IMG/VR virus record: IMGVR_UViG_3300042451_000960
DNA: 64,000 nt
Direction: 5' to 3' (one strand)
Source of the DNA: a virus
Lineage: Duplodnaviria > Caudoviricetes
In this document: positions 9,233 to 18,496 of the stretch, piece by piece
Numbering within the stretch: position 1 is the first letter of the stretch
Layout: each line of letters opens with the position of its first letter
The notes under the pieces: generated by a model
The model's database searches: none
What the model was told of the DNA's origin: nothing
The model's input: only the letters and a program-made list of their open reading frames with translations
Program-made: the position numbers and the translations under genes

Positions 9233-9502
9233 TTATCCTATATAGGGCTTGAACCAACCTTTAATTACTTTGTGTGTCAGTCCATCGGTGTATTGTTCAC
9301 TACGTGTACCCAAACACTCAGCTATTAAGCTATATGCATCTTCTTTGTGTATAGCACATAGTGCATGTATCTTAGCTTCGATTTCTTTTTCGTATCTCAT
9401 ACCGCTTTCCCAAGCTCTATGGTCATCGGAATACATATACGAATAATCATGCTTTAGGACCATATCTAACAGGTCCACTTTAATTTGTTCACTTACTGTC
9501 AT
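9233..9502 (-). CDS. Hypothetical protein
   Basis: ORF track; HDYSYMYSDD motif. Confidence 0.6.
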   Translation of the reverse strand: MTVSEQIKVDLLDMVLKHDYSYMYSDDHRAWESGMRYEKEIEAKIHALCAIHKEDAYSLIAECLGTRSEQYTDGLTHKVIKGWFKPYIG

Positions 9503-9505
9503 ATC

Positions 9506-9721
9506 TTATTTATTTAATTTACTTAATATCTTATATATCTGTCTATCAATCTGCTCATCGGACCTCATTACTATATCAGAACTATCTATACCACGCCATA
9601 GGATACCATTGTACATATAACCAAAGTTACCAACTTGCGGACAATAGGGGTAGGTGAATGTATCCATAATAAGGTCATCGGATACCGTAGTAAGATTCTT
9701 ATATATTTCAGCTTTTAACAT
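9506..9721 (-). CDS. Hypothetical protein (start reassigned to MLKAEIY)
   Basis: AACCCCTTA leader precedes ATG 9721. Confidence 0.5.
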   Translation of the reverse strand: MLKAEIYKNLTTVSDDLIMDTFTYPYCPQVGNFGYMYNGILWRGIDSSDIVMRSDEQIDRQIYKILSKLNK

Positions 9722-9740
9722 AGTAAGGGGTTTGTAGGGT

Positions 9741-10058
9741 TTAGTAAGAATAAGCGTTTGTACTACCTTCTTCCATCTCAGCCAATAGGGCCTTTCCACT
9801 AGCCGTACCCCAATACTCTTTAGGTACATCCTTTGAATAGGGGTTTTTACGGGCTATCGTTTCAACTTCAACAGCGTTTAAGTAGTTACTTGCTAATAGA
9901 GCATCACACACTTTGTTAAACACACCCACCTCAATACCGGTACTTCTACCTTGCTTACGTTTCACATTCACATATCCAGCTACAGCGGTCATCAATGCGG
10001 ACAACTCATCTTGAGAAAACACATTAACCAATTTTTCGGTTGTACTATTCATATTCAT
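9741..10058 (-). CDS. Hypothetical protein (start reassigned to MNMNST)
   Basis: ORF track plus leader motif. Confidence 0.55.
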   Translation of the reverse strand: MNMNSTTEKLVNVFSQDELSALMTAVAGYVNVKRKQGRSTGIEVGVFNKVCDALLASNYLNAVEVETIARKNPYSKDVPKEYWGTASGKALLAEMEEGSTNAYSY

Positions 10059-10181
10059 ATTACTTAGATTTAGGGGTTTGAAAAAAATACTCATAAGCCG
10101 TTTTAAAGAACACATAACCAAACAAAGAAACAGCTGATACAATGATGGCTTCGATTAAGGTGATTGTAGTACCCATAGTGA

Positions 10182-10499
10182 TTATTTTAAAAGGTATTTA
10201 GAAATAGTACCGAAACCAGCGGCCTGAAGGTCACTCTTAATTTCCGAGTGGAACTTCTTAGGGAACTTACCCATCTTAACGGGGTATTCACCCAATATCT
10301 TATTAATCGCTGTAGATTCAGCTTTAAAGATACTAAGGAACTCACGAGCCGAATTAAGGGCTTTACGTGTCTTACATTGGATACGGTGAGTATTACCCAT
10401 AAAGTCCGTATATTCAACCGATACGTTGAAACGGGGGTTATTACTCATTTTACTAGCGGAGAACTGTCTGAAGGGGTTTTCGTTATACATATTTATCAT
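10182..10499 (-). CDS. Hypothetical early protein
   Basis: Directly after promoter 10502-10520. Confidence 0.6.
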   Translation of the reverse strand: MINMYNENPFRQFSASKMSNNPRFNVSVEYTDFMGNTHRIQCKTRKALNSAREFLSIFKAESTAINKILGEYPVKMGKFPKKFHSEIKSDLQAAGFGTISKYLLK

Positions 10500-10501
10500 T
10501 T

Positions 10502-10622
10502 TTATTACATAGTAAAGATAGGGCAGTTAGCCGATATGGCCAAATATTTTCCACGAAATCTTTAAAAATTCTTTATTGATAATCAACACGTTAGCCCGGC
10601 CTATTGATAATCAACTAGTTAG
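10502..10622 (-). promoter_or_regulatory. Conserved promoter plus two IHF-consensus boxes
   Basis: ttattacatagtaaagata 10502-10520; boxes 10575-10594 and 10603-10622. Confidence 0.7.
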
Positions 10623-10831
10623 CTCGAGTACAATTTGTGACTATTTTCAATATAGGGCCCTAAGAAGACGGGACCGGTAAAATAAGGGATAACGTGAAAG
10701 AAACGGAATTACATTGCTGTTTTTTACATACGATATTTGCTAACGTGTTAGTTAGCTAGTTAAATACGAGTTGTATTAAACTGGTGGAACAAGTGGTACG
10801 ACTGGTACAAGTGGTACGTGTAGTACGGGCA

Positions 10832-10860
10832 TAAAAAAAGGATACCTTTTTGGTATCCTT
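10832..10860 (-). terminator. Intrinsic terminator
   Basis: aaggatacc-aaaaa-ggtatcctt plus T-run on minus. Confidence 0.8.
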
Positions 10861-10887
10861 AATATGTGTACTGTTAGAAGGGTCTAA

Positions 10888-11064
10888 TTACTTCACTTCA
10901 GCAGGTACTACCTCAGTAGTATCAGCAACAACAGCAGCTGTATCTACAGCTACAGCAGTTGTATCAACAGCAGTAGAGTCAGTAGCAGTAGCTTCAGTAG
11001 AAGCGTTACCACCACAAGCTACCAATGTAGTAGCGATTGCGAAAATTGCGATTACTTTTTTCAT
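10888..11064 (-). CDS. 58-aa small lipoprotein, Thr/Ala/Asp-rich
   Basis: Read from sequence: MKKVIAIFAIATTLVAC|GGNASTEATATDSTAVDTTAVAVDTAAVVADTTEVVPAEVK; lipobox LVAC. Confidence 0.8.
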   Translation of the reverse strand: MKKVIAIFAIATTLVACGGNASTEATATDSTAVDTTAVAVDTAAVVADTTEVVPAEVK

Positions 11065-11134
11065 CTTTGTTTGTTTTATTTAAGTTTAAATTTGTTTACT
11101 TTTTAATGTAACTCTAATAAGTATTGGTTGTCTT

Positions 11135-11171
11135 AAAAAATGGGACCGGTTGGGCTTTACCACCGGTCCCT
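11135..11171 (-). terminator. Intrinsic terminator
   Basis: gggaccggt...accggtccc stem plus T-run on minus. Confidence 0.75.
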
Positions 11172-11182
11172 ATTTAGTTTAA

Positions 11183-11374
11183 TTAAGCACCAACCCACTC
11201 ATTACGAAGAGTCTTAGCTTTCTTCAATGATGTCTCATATTGAGAATACATTACACCATCTTCAGTTACACGTACTCTATAAGATACAGTACCTGATGGA
11301 CGAGTGATTTTCTGAATGTTGTTTGAAACAGTTTCATAAATGTTTCCTCTTTTTGCGGCTTTACGATTTGCCAT
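11183..11374 (-). CDS. Small basic putative DNA-binding protein (three-strand AP2/Arm-like pattern)
   Basis: SGTVSYRVRV...SLKKAKTLRN. Confidence 0.4.
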   Translation of the reverse strand: MANRKAAKRGNIYETVSNNIQKITRPSGTVSYRVRVTEDGVMYSQYETSLKKAKTLRNEWVGA

Positions 11375-11604
11375 AGTTTTGAATGGTTGACCTCAAACAC
11401 CAATAGGTTTTTATTATATAAGTGAGCCCGTTAATCAGGGTGGTGCTCTTTACCCTATACTCTTTTGAAGCGAACTCAAAGATACGAAATTATTTTGAAT
11501 CCGCCAAATTTATTTTACTAAGGATGTCCAGCTCCATTTCATAGGTATCTGCTTGGACCTCTATACAAATATACGAAAAATTATTCATATCGCCAAATTT
11601 ATTT

Positions 11605-11967
11605 TTAGATGTTATTAACATCCAAAGGGGTTATACCAGCAGCATCCATTTCCTTTAGTACTGATTTAGCACCTTTAGCTATATTCCTTTCGGCATCAAT
11701 AGTATCAATAGCCATAATAGCGTAGTTAAGGGATACATAACGTTTGCCAAACAATTCACTAGCCCATTCAGGACCTGCGGTTACCTTTACCATTTCGGTA
11801 AGTGTATCGTGTGGGACTGGCTCCATAGCGATACGTTTATGTTTAAGGGCTTTAACCTTAGCGATAGCCGTAGCTTTCTTACTTACTTTCTTTGTGGCCT
11901 TTTTCTTGGCCGCCGGCTTAGTTACTTTCTTAGATACCGGTTTAGTTACTTTTTTCTTAGTAGCCAT
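11605..11967 (-). CDS. Protein with histone-H1-like Lys/Ala-rich N-terminal tail
   Basis: KKVTKPVSKKVTKPAAKKKATKKVSKK. Confidence 0.6.
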   Translation of the reverse strand: MATKKKVTKPVSKKVTKPAAKKKATKKVSKKATAIAKVKALKHKRIAMEPVPHDTLTEMVKVTAGPEWASELFGKRYVSLNYAIMAIDTIDAERNIAKGAKSVLKEMDAAGITPLDVNNI

Positions 11968-11994
11968 AATATTATTAAATTAAGGGGTTTAAAA

Positions 11995-12294
11995 TTATTT
12001 TACAAATCCAATACGTCTCCAAGTACCATCCCACTCATTACCATTCAAATACCAATTCCAATTCTTTTGATTGATTCGTACATTGGGTAGTCCATTCAAA
12101 CGTTCTTTTGTAGTGTTACTAGCCCATCCTGCGTTTGATACACTCATAACACCCAGCGCATCAATAGTGGCGATCGTGTTACCATGCAACTTTAACTTAG
12201 TGTATCCTAAATCAACTTCAACACTCATGTTACCTTTGTTAAACTTACGTCCTTCGATAAAAGCTTGGACAGACTCTTTAGTTATTTTTCTCAT
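11995..12294 (-). CDS. Conserved phage hypothetical protein
   Basis: LHGNTIA...GWASNTTKERLNGL. Confidence 0.6.
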   Translation of the reverse strand: MRKITKESVQAFIEGRKFNKGNMSVEVDLGYTKLKLHGNTIATIDALGVMSVSNAGWASNTTKERLNGLPNVRINQKNWNWYLNGNEWDGTWRRIGFVK

Positions 12295-12308
12295 TATAAG
12301 GGGTTTAA

Positions 12309-12524
12309 TTATTTGTTAGAAAAAAGATTATCAATATAGATAGGGGAATAATCACCACTCTTTAGAACCGAACACAATTGAGTAACCGAGCGATACGAAA
12401 GGTCCAACCACGAATCCTTACGTTTCAACTCTTTTACCAAATCACCACCGGTAAGTGGATACTTAGCACTAAATTCTTTAACTACTGCCGCATCGGCTTG
12501 GGACATTCTTTCTAATAGATTCAT
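12309..12524 (-). CDS. Hypothetical protein
   Basis: ORF track. Confidence 0.55.
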   Translation of the reverse strand: MNLLERMSQADAAVVKEFSAKYPLTGGDLVKELKRKDSWLDLSYRSVTQLCSVLKSGDYSPIYIDNLFSNK

Positions 12525-12542
12525 ATCAATAAGGGGTTAAAA

Positions 12543-12755
12543 TTATTTAGAAATAGTATAAAATGAAACACGCTCCGCCATTCTCCACGGAATATCGTTT
12601 TGAGTACCTCTCATCCAACGGTAACCCAATACAGCTTTTCGGTTACTATGTCTACCACGTGGGCGGACCTGACATCCGAAAATAGAACTTAACATTTTGG
12701 TAATGGCCTTAATTTGGGCTTCTGATTCGAACTTAACGTTTAATACGGAACTCAT
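12543..12755 (-). CDS. Hypothetical early protein
   Basis: First gene after promoter 12767. Confidence 0.55.
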   Translation of the reverse strand: MSSVLNVKFESEAQIKAITKMLSSIFGCQVRPRGRHSNRKAVLGYRWMRGTQNDIPWRMAERVSFYTISK

Positions 12756-12766
12756 ATTTTCAATCT

Positions 12767-12864
12767 TTATTACATAGTAAAGATAGGTAAAATTCCTGAA
12801 ATAGCAAAGACTTTTTACAATTATTTTTTAAAAAAGTATAAACCATTGGTTATCAACACGTTGC
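12767..12864 (-). promoter_or_regulatory. Conserved promoter plus IHF-consensus box
   Basis: ttattacatagtaaagata 12767-12785; tatcaacacgttg within 12845-12864. Confidence 0.65.
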
Positions 12865-12883
12865 GCCCCGCCTCGGGTGTCCT

Positions 12884-12909
12884 ATTTAACATAATATATT
12901 ATATAAGAA
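12884..12909 (-). other. Degenerate dif-like site with exact XerD arm
   Basis: Reverse complement contains TTATGTTAAAT (12884-12894), but only 4 nt separate it from a ttatataagaa arm. Confidence 0.5.
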
Positions 12910-12957
12910 AAACACCCCTTTTTTCGAGCTAACCGATTGATAATCAGCGTGTTGGTG

Positions 12958-12985
12958 ACTTAACATAATATACGTTATATAACAT
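12958..12985 (-). other. dif-like XerCD recombination site (11-6-11)
   Basis: Minus strand ATGTTATATAA-CGTATA-TTATGTTAAGT; compare E. coli dif GGTGCGCATAA-TGTATA-TTATGTTAAAT. Confidence 0.65.
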
Positions 12986-13109
12986 TCCATAAGCGATTGA
13001 AAACCAACAGGTTAGCCTGCCGGTCCCTAATGGGGCTTACCCCGCCCTCCACTCCCTAAAGTTACGGAAAATACTTGAGAATTCCAAGCTTTTTTACCAT
13101 TATTTTTTG

Positions 13110-13283
13110 CTAGTGTAACTGATTGAGAATCAATTCGTTATAGGCCATCTCTAAGCAATCCAACCATTCTGCCGTATCACCTTCTGCTGAAAGCTGACGT
13201 TGAATTTGTTTAGCATAACTGATTACCTCTTCGTCCATACCAATAACGGCGGCCCTTTGAATCATTTCGTTTTCGGAAAGCAT
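13110..13283 (-). CDS. 57-aa hypothetical protein
   Basis: Read from sequence: MLSENEMIQRAAVIGMDEEVISYAK... Confidence 0.45.
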   Translation of the reverse strand: MLSENEMIQRAAVIGMDEEVISYAKQIQRQLSAEGDTAEWLDCLEMAYNELILNQLH

Positions 13284-13292
13284 ATATATTGT

Positions 13293-13664
13293 TTATTCGT
13301 CTGTATCTGACCAATCCTTTATAGAAGCTAAACACCTTTCTAATTTATCCAATTCAGTATTAGCATTACTTATTATTTCCTTTTGTACTTCTATTTTATG
13401 CTCCAATAGTTTTGTAGCAGCGTATTTTCTACCCCACTGCTTAGGGTAATGAAAACGATTACCAATAGGATGATATTCGCCCCTTACTAATGTGGGCTGG
13501 TCCATCCTATCCACTACTGGGTAATACTCGCCCGCTTCATTTTCGAATAGCTGCATATTACAATGTAGTGTTTTGTTGTAAGCTATCTGCTCACCCGGCT
13601 TTGCTTTACGGCCAGGGTTTCCAACTTTTCGGACCGGATTATTTTGATTTTCGTTTGTATGCAC
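13293..13664 (-). CDS. Hypothetical protein
   Basis: ORF track. Confidence 0.55.
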   Translation of the reverse strand: MHTNENQNNPVRKVGNPGRKAKPGEQIAYNKTLHCNMQLFENEAGEYYPVVDRMDQPTLVRGEYHPIGNRFHYPKQWGRKYAATKLLEHKIEVQKEIISNANTELDKLERCLASIKDWSDTDE

Positions 13665-13998
13665 GCTTAACTAATTTTTCGTTCTCTCGGGCTTGTATTT
13701 CGTATGGATTCTTTTTGTATCCGTATTTCAATTGATAATGGTTATACCACCTGTACGATTGTTGTGCGTGTGTCCATTCGTGTAGAATAGTTTTTTGGAC
13801 ACTTATCATTCTTTTACATTGGGCTAAATTAATCCAAATAGTCTTTTCCCAATCATAGTAACCTAACTCAGCTTCATCACGTGTATCCCAATAGAATGCT
13901 ATAGCTCCACATCTACTCTCACCGAGCTTCTCGTAGGCCCAATTCCATAAACGGTTACAATCAAATCGCATACCAGCTTTTTTATTACTTACTCTCAT
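13639..13998 (-). CDS. HExxH zincin-like metallopeptidase
   Basis: TILHEWTHAQQ...NPYEIQA. Confidence 0.7.
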   Translation of the reverse strand: MRVSNKKAGMRFDCNRLWNWAYEKLGESRCGAIAFYWDTRDEAELGYYDWEKTIWINLAQCKRMISVQKTILHEWTHAQQSYRWYNHYQLKYGYKKNPYEIQARENEKLVKRAYKRKSK

Positions 13999-15488
13999 AA
14001 ATATCGTTTGGGGTTATAAATAGAATTTCTGATATACAAATATACGAAATATTTTTGACATAGCCAAATTTTGTGTAGCTTATTTGTTTATACGAATATC
14101 CGAATGGCCGAATGTGTGTGAAAATACCCCACGAAAAATTTTGCCGTTTGCTAAAGAATCCGTATATGGTCTCATTGTGATATGATAAACTGATAATTAA
14201 CCTCTGTTTATTCTATGAAGTGGTAAAAAGTGTAAGTTTGTGGGAATGTGTGTTAAATTGACATTGACGTGGTTTTCAATTACTATGTACCATCAAAATA
14301 TAAAAGTACAAATGTATCCTTATATTTAGGTAGCAATGGTAATTAAAAAACGTGTGTATCAAATTAGTTTTTCTTTTTGAATACAAAGTACCTAATCAAT
14401 TCCCAAAAGATAGTAACAAAGAAGCTCATACTCATTGTTAATCCTATCATTTTATCTATATCATTTGTAAGGAATCCACAAAGAAAAAAAGATATTATTG
14501 TTATAAGAATGAAACGTAGCATATTAATATAATAACGTTAATGCCATCCCCACAAGCCCAGCCCACCATACCCAACGTGCTAATTCGAAGTAGGGTTTAT
14601 AGTTTTTTCTTTGTCTCGATTTCATAAAGTAGTGAATCAATTATGGCGGAGTTTTCGTATCTTTTGTAATTCTTTGTATTCATTTCTTAATAGGTATTCG
14701 ATTTGACGGGTTAGGGGCGGTTGATTGATTCTCTTTGCATGGGCTAAGATTCCTTCGAGTTCACCGATTCTCTTTAAGGTTTTATCTTTGGGACTCATCT
14801 ATTTTTTGGTAAGAGTTATGGATGATATTTCGTATTTGTGAGCATAGCTCGTATTCCTCTAACCCGATACATTCTTTGAGTAACCATTCCAATTTTTGTA
14901 TTCGGGATTGTAATTCGATACGTTCCCTACCCGTTAAATTGTGTGAGTTAGTATTATCCATAGGGCTACTATTAGTATTGTGAATAGTAGGAGCTCGGAC
15001 CCTTCCATTCCCTTACAGCTCCTTTTTATCCTTTTAATAAGATTCATATCCGGCCTTTTATAAGTTTGAATCAGGGTGCCAATCATTATCCCATTCAGTA
15101 CCTCTTTTGATTACTCCGTTACCCTTAGTGTATTCCGTTATATAGGACCAATTAATCCCCACTATGTACACTATATACAGGGTACATCCTATTACTAATT
15201 CTAATTCATTATTCAATTCCATTTGAGCTAAATTTTATTTAGTTTACTTTTAAGTGAACTTAATCTTTCCGGTCTCCCTCTATATCCTTATGGTTAGTGT
15301 TTATCCACTTATCCACTATGTACTGTCCTATCCCGTATCCTATTAACATACTGAATACTATTGTTACTATTATCATTTGCTGTACTATTATTGTTATTCG
15401 TGTCCGGCCTTATAGCTTACCCCACCCATTATGGTGTCTATTCTTTTCGGCCCATTCGAAACCTTTATAAATATCGCTTAGTATTTTC

Positions 15489-15731
15489 TTAATATATTGG
15501 TACATCTTCTATTGGTATTAATAGGAATTGAGTTTCGGCAATCCCACCTAAAATTTTTATATTCAATCCCTCACTTACCCATACCCCACTTAATCGCCAC
15601 ACTTCGGGGCTTAGCCATTCCGTTTCGATGGTTTCGATACCCCATTCCCCACATATTCCGATTACGGCTTTGTGATTCGAACCGGCCTCCCTTACCTTAC
15701 TTTTAAACCGGTCTCTATATTCGTTTTCCAT
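15489..15731 (-). CDS. Hypothetical protein
   Basis: ORF track. Confidence 0.45.
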   Translation of the reverse strand: MENEYRDRFKSKVREAGSNHKAVIGICGEWGIETIETEWLSPEVWRLSGVWVSEGLNIKILGGIAETQFLLIPIEDVPIY

Positions 15732-15891
15732 CCTTTTTCTTATTTAAATATACGCCCATTATTTTTTTATTCTATATACCCCTATTGTTTGTAACCCTTC
15801 CCTATTGGCTATGTTGGCATACACTATCAAAAAAATTCCCCATCGACCCGATTTCCGATTCTCCGATACGATGAATACTGAAAGGAATATA

Positions 15892-16215
15892 TTATCTTAT
15901 TATAGTTTTAATATGATTGTCCAAGCATATTGTAAAATCGGTTATGGTTTTCATTCTATCTATACTATATACCGAACGTCCATAATAGTTTTGTTTTACT
16001 ATTCCCGTCTCCATTACATACCCATCCATTGCCTTTATCCTATGCAATCGTACCGTCAATTCATCATGCTTAGAATCACCAATTGTCCAATAACCTACCC
16101 GTTTGTGGATTACAAATACATAGTTTTGTGAACCTATAAACATTTCACCTATCTGCCATTCGGCCGTACCTGCGAACTTACTATTGAGTATGTTTATGTT
16201 TTCTATTGTTAGCAT
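15892..16215 (-). CDS. MLTIEN-family hypothetical protein
   Basis: MLTIENINIL. Confidence 0.65.
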   Translation of the reverse strand: MLTIENINILNSKFAGTAEWQIGEMFIGSQNYVFVIHKRVGYWTIGDSKHDELTVRLHRIKAMDGYVMETGIVKQNYYGRSVYSIDRMKTITDFTICLDNHIKTIIR

Positions 16216-16522
16216 TTAATAATCCAGTTTGTATGTGTAATTCTAATACGAAATTATCTAAGGTTAAGTTTTCCGGCTTCACATAAGGTTGCCAACTCAT
16301 TTTAGGTGCAACTAATTTATATCCCCTTCTACTCTTTTTAGTTCTATGCAATTTATATACAATACCATCCTTTATACTAGCCACCCCAATTTCGGTTAGT
16401 GGAAATACCCCAAAACTATAATGGTCATACCAACTCCGTACAATACCAATTACATACTTCTGTCCACTGCTCATTTGGAATTCCTTACCTTCTATATTTT
16501 GTATGTTGTCTATTGTAAGCAT
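16181..16522 (-). CDS. MLTIEN-family hypothetical protein
   Basis: MLTIDNIQNI. Confidence 0.65.
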   Translation of the reverse strand: MLTIDNIQNIEGKEFQMSSGQKYVIGIVRSWYDHYSFGVFPLTEIGVASIKDGIVYKLHRTKKSRRGYKLVAPKMSWQPYVKPENLTLDNFVLELHIQTGLLNANNRKHKHTQ

Positions 16523-16523
16523 A

Positions 16524-16835
16524 TTACTTTGATATTGCTTTACTAATTATGTCCACAATTCTATTCAACCGCCATTCACTCTTTTTTTCCCCTATTGTTT
16601 TCGGCTCGTCATCCTTTGTATTGTTATATACATTGACCGATGTATTGTATTGACTTACCAATGATTGAAAATAAGTTTGATGTAAGTGATGCGGAATGTC
16701 CGTAAAATCAGCCTCAACCGTTACCGGCATTTTAGTACCCGTTCCGTATATTTGTATTGAAGTTTTGATTTGTACCTTACCGCTACCCTTCATTGTCAAA
16801 CTGCCATTGTCCGGCGTTATATATAAATTACTCAT
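16524..16835 (-). CDS. Hypothetical protein, paralog of 28408-28716
   Basis: Shared V.ADF..IP..H..F motif. Confidence 0.55.
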   Translation of the reverse strand: MSNLYITPDNGSLTMKGSGKVQIKTSIQIYGTGTKMPVTVEADFTDIPHHLHQTYFQSLVSQYNTSVNVYNNTKDDEPKTIGEKKSEWRLNRIVDIISKAISK

Positions 16836-17134
16836 TGTACTAATTCTTTTATTTGTTGTATTAATAGTTCTGGGTTTTGTAATTTAGTTTTATCCAACAT
16901 TCTACGCTTAGGAACTGCAGTAGGTAGTGGTGCATTGTGCTGATAGCTATCCCAACACCATAATTCATATTGTACACCTATTGGATTACGTTCTAAATTA
17001 ATTTGTATTCTTTGCCCAACTGAGTTCATTAGTGTGAATAGGTATGCGGTATTTATTGTTTCTACTTTACCAATACGCCACAAATTGCTAACGTCCTTTT
17101 TATAAACCTTTGTTATGTTTTCTATTGTAAGCAT
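16832..17134 (-). CDS. MLTIEN-family hypothetical protein
   Basis: MLTIENITKV. Confidence 0.65.
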   Translation of the reverse strand: MLTIENITKVYKKDVSNLWRIGKVETINTAYLFTLMNSVGQRIQINLERNPIGVQYELWCWDSYQHNAPLPTAVPKRRMLDKTKLQNPELLIQQIKELVQ

Positions 17135-17478
17135 TACTTAAAAAAGTTTCTTTTTATTTCACTTTGTATTGATACTAAATAATCTTGCAACATAACAATA
17201 AACCTATTGTAATTTGTCAAGTCCTTTATATCAACGTAATTGGTAGCTTCTATTAAATTGTTTTCAAATCGGTAACCTTCATTATCTTTATTTTTGTGTC
17301 TGTCCAACCAAATGACTAATGGTATATCCCCTAATCCAATATCAAAATCAAATGTGTAACTATTGCTATTCAATATAAGGTCATCATTGACTTGTTCTAC
17401 TCTTATACATTGTATAGTTTTAGAATCAAAGTTCCAATACGTTTTTTCAATTCTTTTTATGTTTTCTATTGTAATCAT
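17134..17478 (-). CDS. MLTIEN-family hypothetical protein
   Basis: MITIENIKRI; ATGA overlap with upstream stop. Confidence 0.65.
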   Translation of the reverse strand: MITIENIKRIEKTYWNFDSKTIQCIRVEQVNDDLILNSNSYTFDFDIGLGDIPLVIWLDRHKNKDNEGYRFENNLIEATNYVDIKDLTNYNRFIVMLQDYLVSIQSEIKRNFFK

Positions 17479-17765
17479 TCCCAAGTTACTGATGTATCAA
17501 TTATCAATTCTAATTTTTTAAGAAATAATGTTTTATCTTTAATCACATCCAAATCACAATATACCATCGTCTTATTGAAAGTATTTTCCAATATATAAAC
17601 AGGCGTTGCTTCTTTTCTTAATTCAATTATTTGTGCAAATGGTGATTTTAAATCCTTAATGTGAAAATACGTTTTTACCAATGAGTCCTCACATTTGTAA
17701 ATAAGGTATCTGCCATTATGAAATAAATGCCCTTCTATTGTTTTAAGGTTTTCAAACTTCAGCAT
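17475..17765 (-). CDS. MLTIEN-family hypothetical protein
   Basis: MLKFENLKTI. Confidence 0.6.
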   Translation of the reverse strand: MLKFENLKTIEGHLFHNGRYLIYKCEDSLVKTYFHIKDLKSPFAQIIELRKEATPVYILENTFNKTMVYCDLDVIKDKTLFLKKLELIIDTSVTWE

Positions 17766-17766
17766 T

Positions 17767-18342
17767 CTACTTTATATTGTATTCGTTTTCAATTACATCT
17801 TTTGTTTTTCCTAAAAATCTTGTCCATATTTTTTTAGGTACACTACTTAATAAATACCCCGGATAGTTTTTATCAATTAATTCCGATTCTGGTATTGCTA
17901 TAAAATTCCAACTATTAATATCATTATAAGATTCTATTGTAGGTGGCTTTGAAAATAAATAAACATCCGCCTCACCAATAGCATACCTTGTGTATCCCGT
18001 ATTTGAATTAGTTGCTTTATTATTTTTAACTGAATTTCGTCTCGTCTGCTCAATATGCAATCCGTTATATCTTAACTTTGATTGTATTTTCAACTTACCA
18101 TCAATAGAAATTAAATCAAATCCAGCAGCATTTCCGCTATGTTCGTAATCCTCACGCTTTACTACCGTTACATTTGTGTTGCTATTTATCCAATCACGTT
18201 GTATAAACTCATTTGCTTCAGCGTACAACTTACTAAGGTCCCTTACATTTGAATTATTAATTAAACTTTTAGATGAAATGTACAAATAGTAAATGTTAGG
18301 TTTGTTTTTCCTTAACCAATTTAATATTTCATTTTCGTCCAT
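17767..18342 (-). CDS. Putative PD-(D/E)xK restriction-endonuclease-like protein
   Basis: GFDLISIDGKLKIQSK. Confidence 0.4.
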   Translation of the reverse strand: MDENEILNWLRKNKPNIYYLYISSKSLINNSNVRDLSKLYAEANEFIQRDWINSNTNVTVVKREDYEHSGNAAGFDLISIDGKLKIQSKLRYNGLHIEQTRRNSVKNNKATNSNTGYTRYAIGEADVYLFSKPPTIESYNDINSWNFIAIPESELIDKNYPGYLLSSVPKKIWTRFLGKTKDVIENEYNIK

Positions 18343-18496
18343 CTGCCTCATTATTGTTTTCAATTACTATATAACGATACCCATTTTCTGTTTGTTTAAA
18401 CTCACCAATTTTTGCTAAACGTTGAACTAACTCCATTCCATTTTTAGTATTAGCCATTAATGTAATCGTATCTTCTAAATAAATTATTTTAGCCAT
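18329..18496 (-). CDS. Hypothetical protein
   Basis: MAKIIYLED start reassigned. Confidence 0.45.
   Translation of the reverse strand: MAKIIYLEDTITLMANTKNGMELVQRLAKIGEFKQTENGYRYIVIENNNEADGRK

Noticed and set aside
8525-11150. Recurrent GGACCGGT octamer (8525, 10671, 11143)
   Set aside because: Only three copies, one being a terminator stem; insufficient for a call
14050-15480. Apparent 1.4-kb noncoding desert
   Set aside because: Contains sub-60-aa minus-strand ORFs (e.g. MDNTNSHNL..., MSPKDKTL...) below the track cutoff; no clear structure
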